A stretch of 62,621 nt of DNA, filler included, from Choristocarpus tenellus KU-1152 (Eukaryota; Protista; Phaeophyceae): assembly GCA_964200185.2 (NCBI GenBank). It is 11 parts of 11 records of this genome, joined end to end, with 100 filler letters (N's around TTAATTAATTAA, not from the genome) between each part and the next. Parts side by side here need not be neighbours in the genome. Positions count along the whole stretch, not along the records: positions 59,958 to 62,621 come from CAXNAD020025839.1; 10 more parts are not named here. The stretch is one strand, 5' to 3'. Positions 61,268 to 62,621 of this stretch are shown piece by piece. A model generated the notes under the pieces. That model saw only the letters and a program-made list of their open reading frames with translations, searched no databases and had not been told where the DNA came from. Position 1 is the stretch's first letter. Every line of letters begins with the position of its first letter. The position numbers were made by a program, and so were the translations under genes.

Positions 61268-62420
61268 ATTTTAGCTAACCTCCAGAATGCATGCCCACGT
61301 GTTGATTGGCGGGAGCAGCCGCTGGGTAGGGACGGGGAAATGGTGTGTAATGCCTTGCAGCAATGTACGCCAGAGGATCGGTTGCGCCATCTACTCAGAA
61401 GTGTTATGAGGCAGCTTGGGAGCAATGGTCTATTTCCGTACATATAGAGGACTGAGAGTGTGGTTAGACCCCAGAAGTCGAGAATGGGATGTAGTAAAGG
61501 CGTTAACTGAGTTCATGTGTTTCTGTTGTGGGAGTAGAGGTAACCAAGTAGGTACGATAAAGGGAAAGATATCAGCAATTCAATACTACCACAAGCAATT
61601 CCTAAACTTCCAACTTCCCACGCAACATTTTATGATTTCGTCAGTTATGAAAGGGATGGGGAGGAGCCACACAAAAACAGGCAGTCAGCCGAGAACAAGG
61701 AGACCTCTGACATGGAGAATGATGGTAGAAACAAAACACTGTACAGGGATGTTAGGAAGGGAGGGTAAGTTGACGAGAGTAGGATTGGGGTTCTCTTTCT
61801 TTTTCTTGGCGAGAGCATCAGAGCTCTGGGCGTATGATGAAGTGGGGGGGGTGCATGGAGATTTTGCGGTAAGGAGGAAAGAGATAGTATGGAGGAAAGG
61901 GGTAGAGAGAATAGGGTGGGAGGACAGACATAAAGCAGAATGAGTCGAGGTAACATTCAGGGGGTTAAAGGGGGACCGGGGTAGAAAGGGAGCAGTGTTG
62001 ACAAGGTTCAGAGTGAAAGAAGGAAGAGGGGAAGAGAGTATGGGGGTCTTTGAGGTGGTATTAGCAATTATGGAATGTTTCCCAGAGCTGCCCCCAGATA
62101 CCCCGTTGATGGCATTTAGGGAGGGAGAGAGGTAGAGGGTGGTGACGAGGGGGCAAGCAACGTATGTACTGAGAAGGATGGTAAAAGAACTCAAGTTGAA
62201 ACCAGAAGAGTATGCGTTACATTCAGGAAGGATAGGGGGGGCCACGAAGCTGGCGATTATGGGAGTTTCAGAAATGGTAAACCAGAGGGAGGGTAGATGG
62301 AAGTCGAGGGCGTTCATGGTGTATGTCAGGGCCAACCAGAGGGACTCGATGGGAGTTTCAGAGGGTCTGGCAGAGAGTAGGAAGGATTGGGTTCAACCGG
62401 GGCAGGATAGGTGGAGCTAG
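61268..62420 (+). mobile_element. DIRS-type (tyrosine recombinase) retrotransposon remnant: probable RT/RH ORF tail overlapping a YR pseudogene
   Basis: YR catalytic motifs FFFLARASE, KGD, ALHSGRIGGAT, GRWKSRAFMVYVR; stops at 61941 and 62133 and a frameshift near 61428; N-terminal SVAPSTQKCYEAAWEQW and TIKGKISAIQYYH. Confidence 0.88.
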
Positions 62421-62621
62421 GAGAAACCAACCCCGAAGGGGGGGGGAAGTCAAGTTCGGGCGGGGTAGGTGTCTTCTAGTTCAAACGCGCGGTAGGAAGG
62501 GGATGATGAAGGGGGGATTCTTGGATGATTAGCGAGTGGTGTTGAGTGGTGTTGGATTGAGGGGTGTTTAATGGTGGAGGGGAGTGGTAAGTGGGGTGGG
62601 GTTTACTGGAGTGGTAACTGG

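Noticed and set aside
61685-62335. 216-aa minus-strand ORF
   Set aside because: Antisense shadow of the purine-rich YR coding strand.

Overview
This is eukaryotic nuclear DNA. It most resembles a brown alga or close stramenopile relative, judged from intron-rich genes, TTAGGG tracts, a ciliary IFT140 gene and transposon remnants like those I recall from Ectocarpus; the taxon is an inference. The window is not contiguous. It is 11 short contigs joined by an artificial N44-TTAATTAATTAA-N44 spacer, so adjacency across spacers means nothing. Spliced genes I could reconstruct by hand: HIS1 (exon 1) head-to-head with DENR/TMA22 (3 exons); a CBP3/UQCC1 chaperone (4 exons, possible C-terminal WW domain); an ANTH-domain protein (9 exons); a TMEM185-like membrane protein; and an EF-hand protein head-to-head with IFT140 (6 exons). 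There is one intact tRNA-Ala(CGC). The rest is mostly decayed transposable elements: copia, gypsy, RTE-type LINE, a DIRS-type tyrosine recombinase, and two MITE families with shared termini. I found no compelling new multi-gene system. The best leads are the MITE pair with 3-bp non-TWA target duplications, TTAGGG tracts written into non-telomeric sites including a MITE terminus, a multi-layer nested insertion, an old kilobase-scale inverted repeat, the possible CBP3-WW fusion, and two compact head-to-head gene pairs, one with GC-AG introns.
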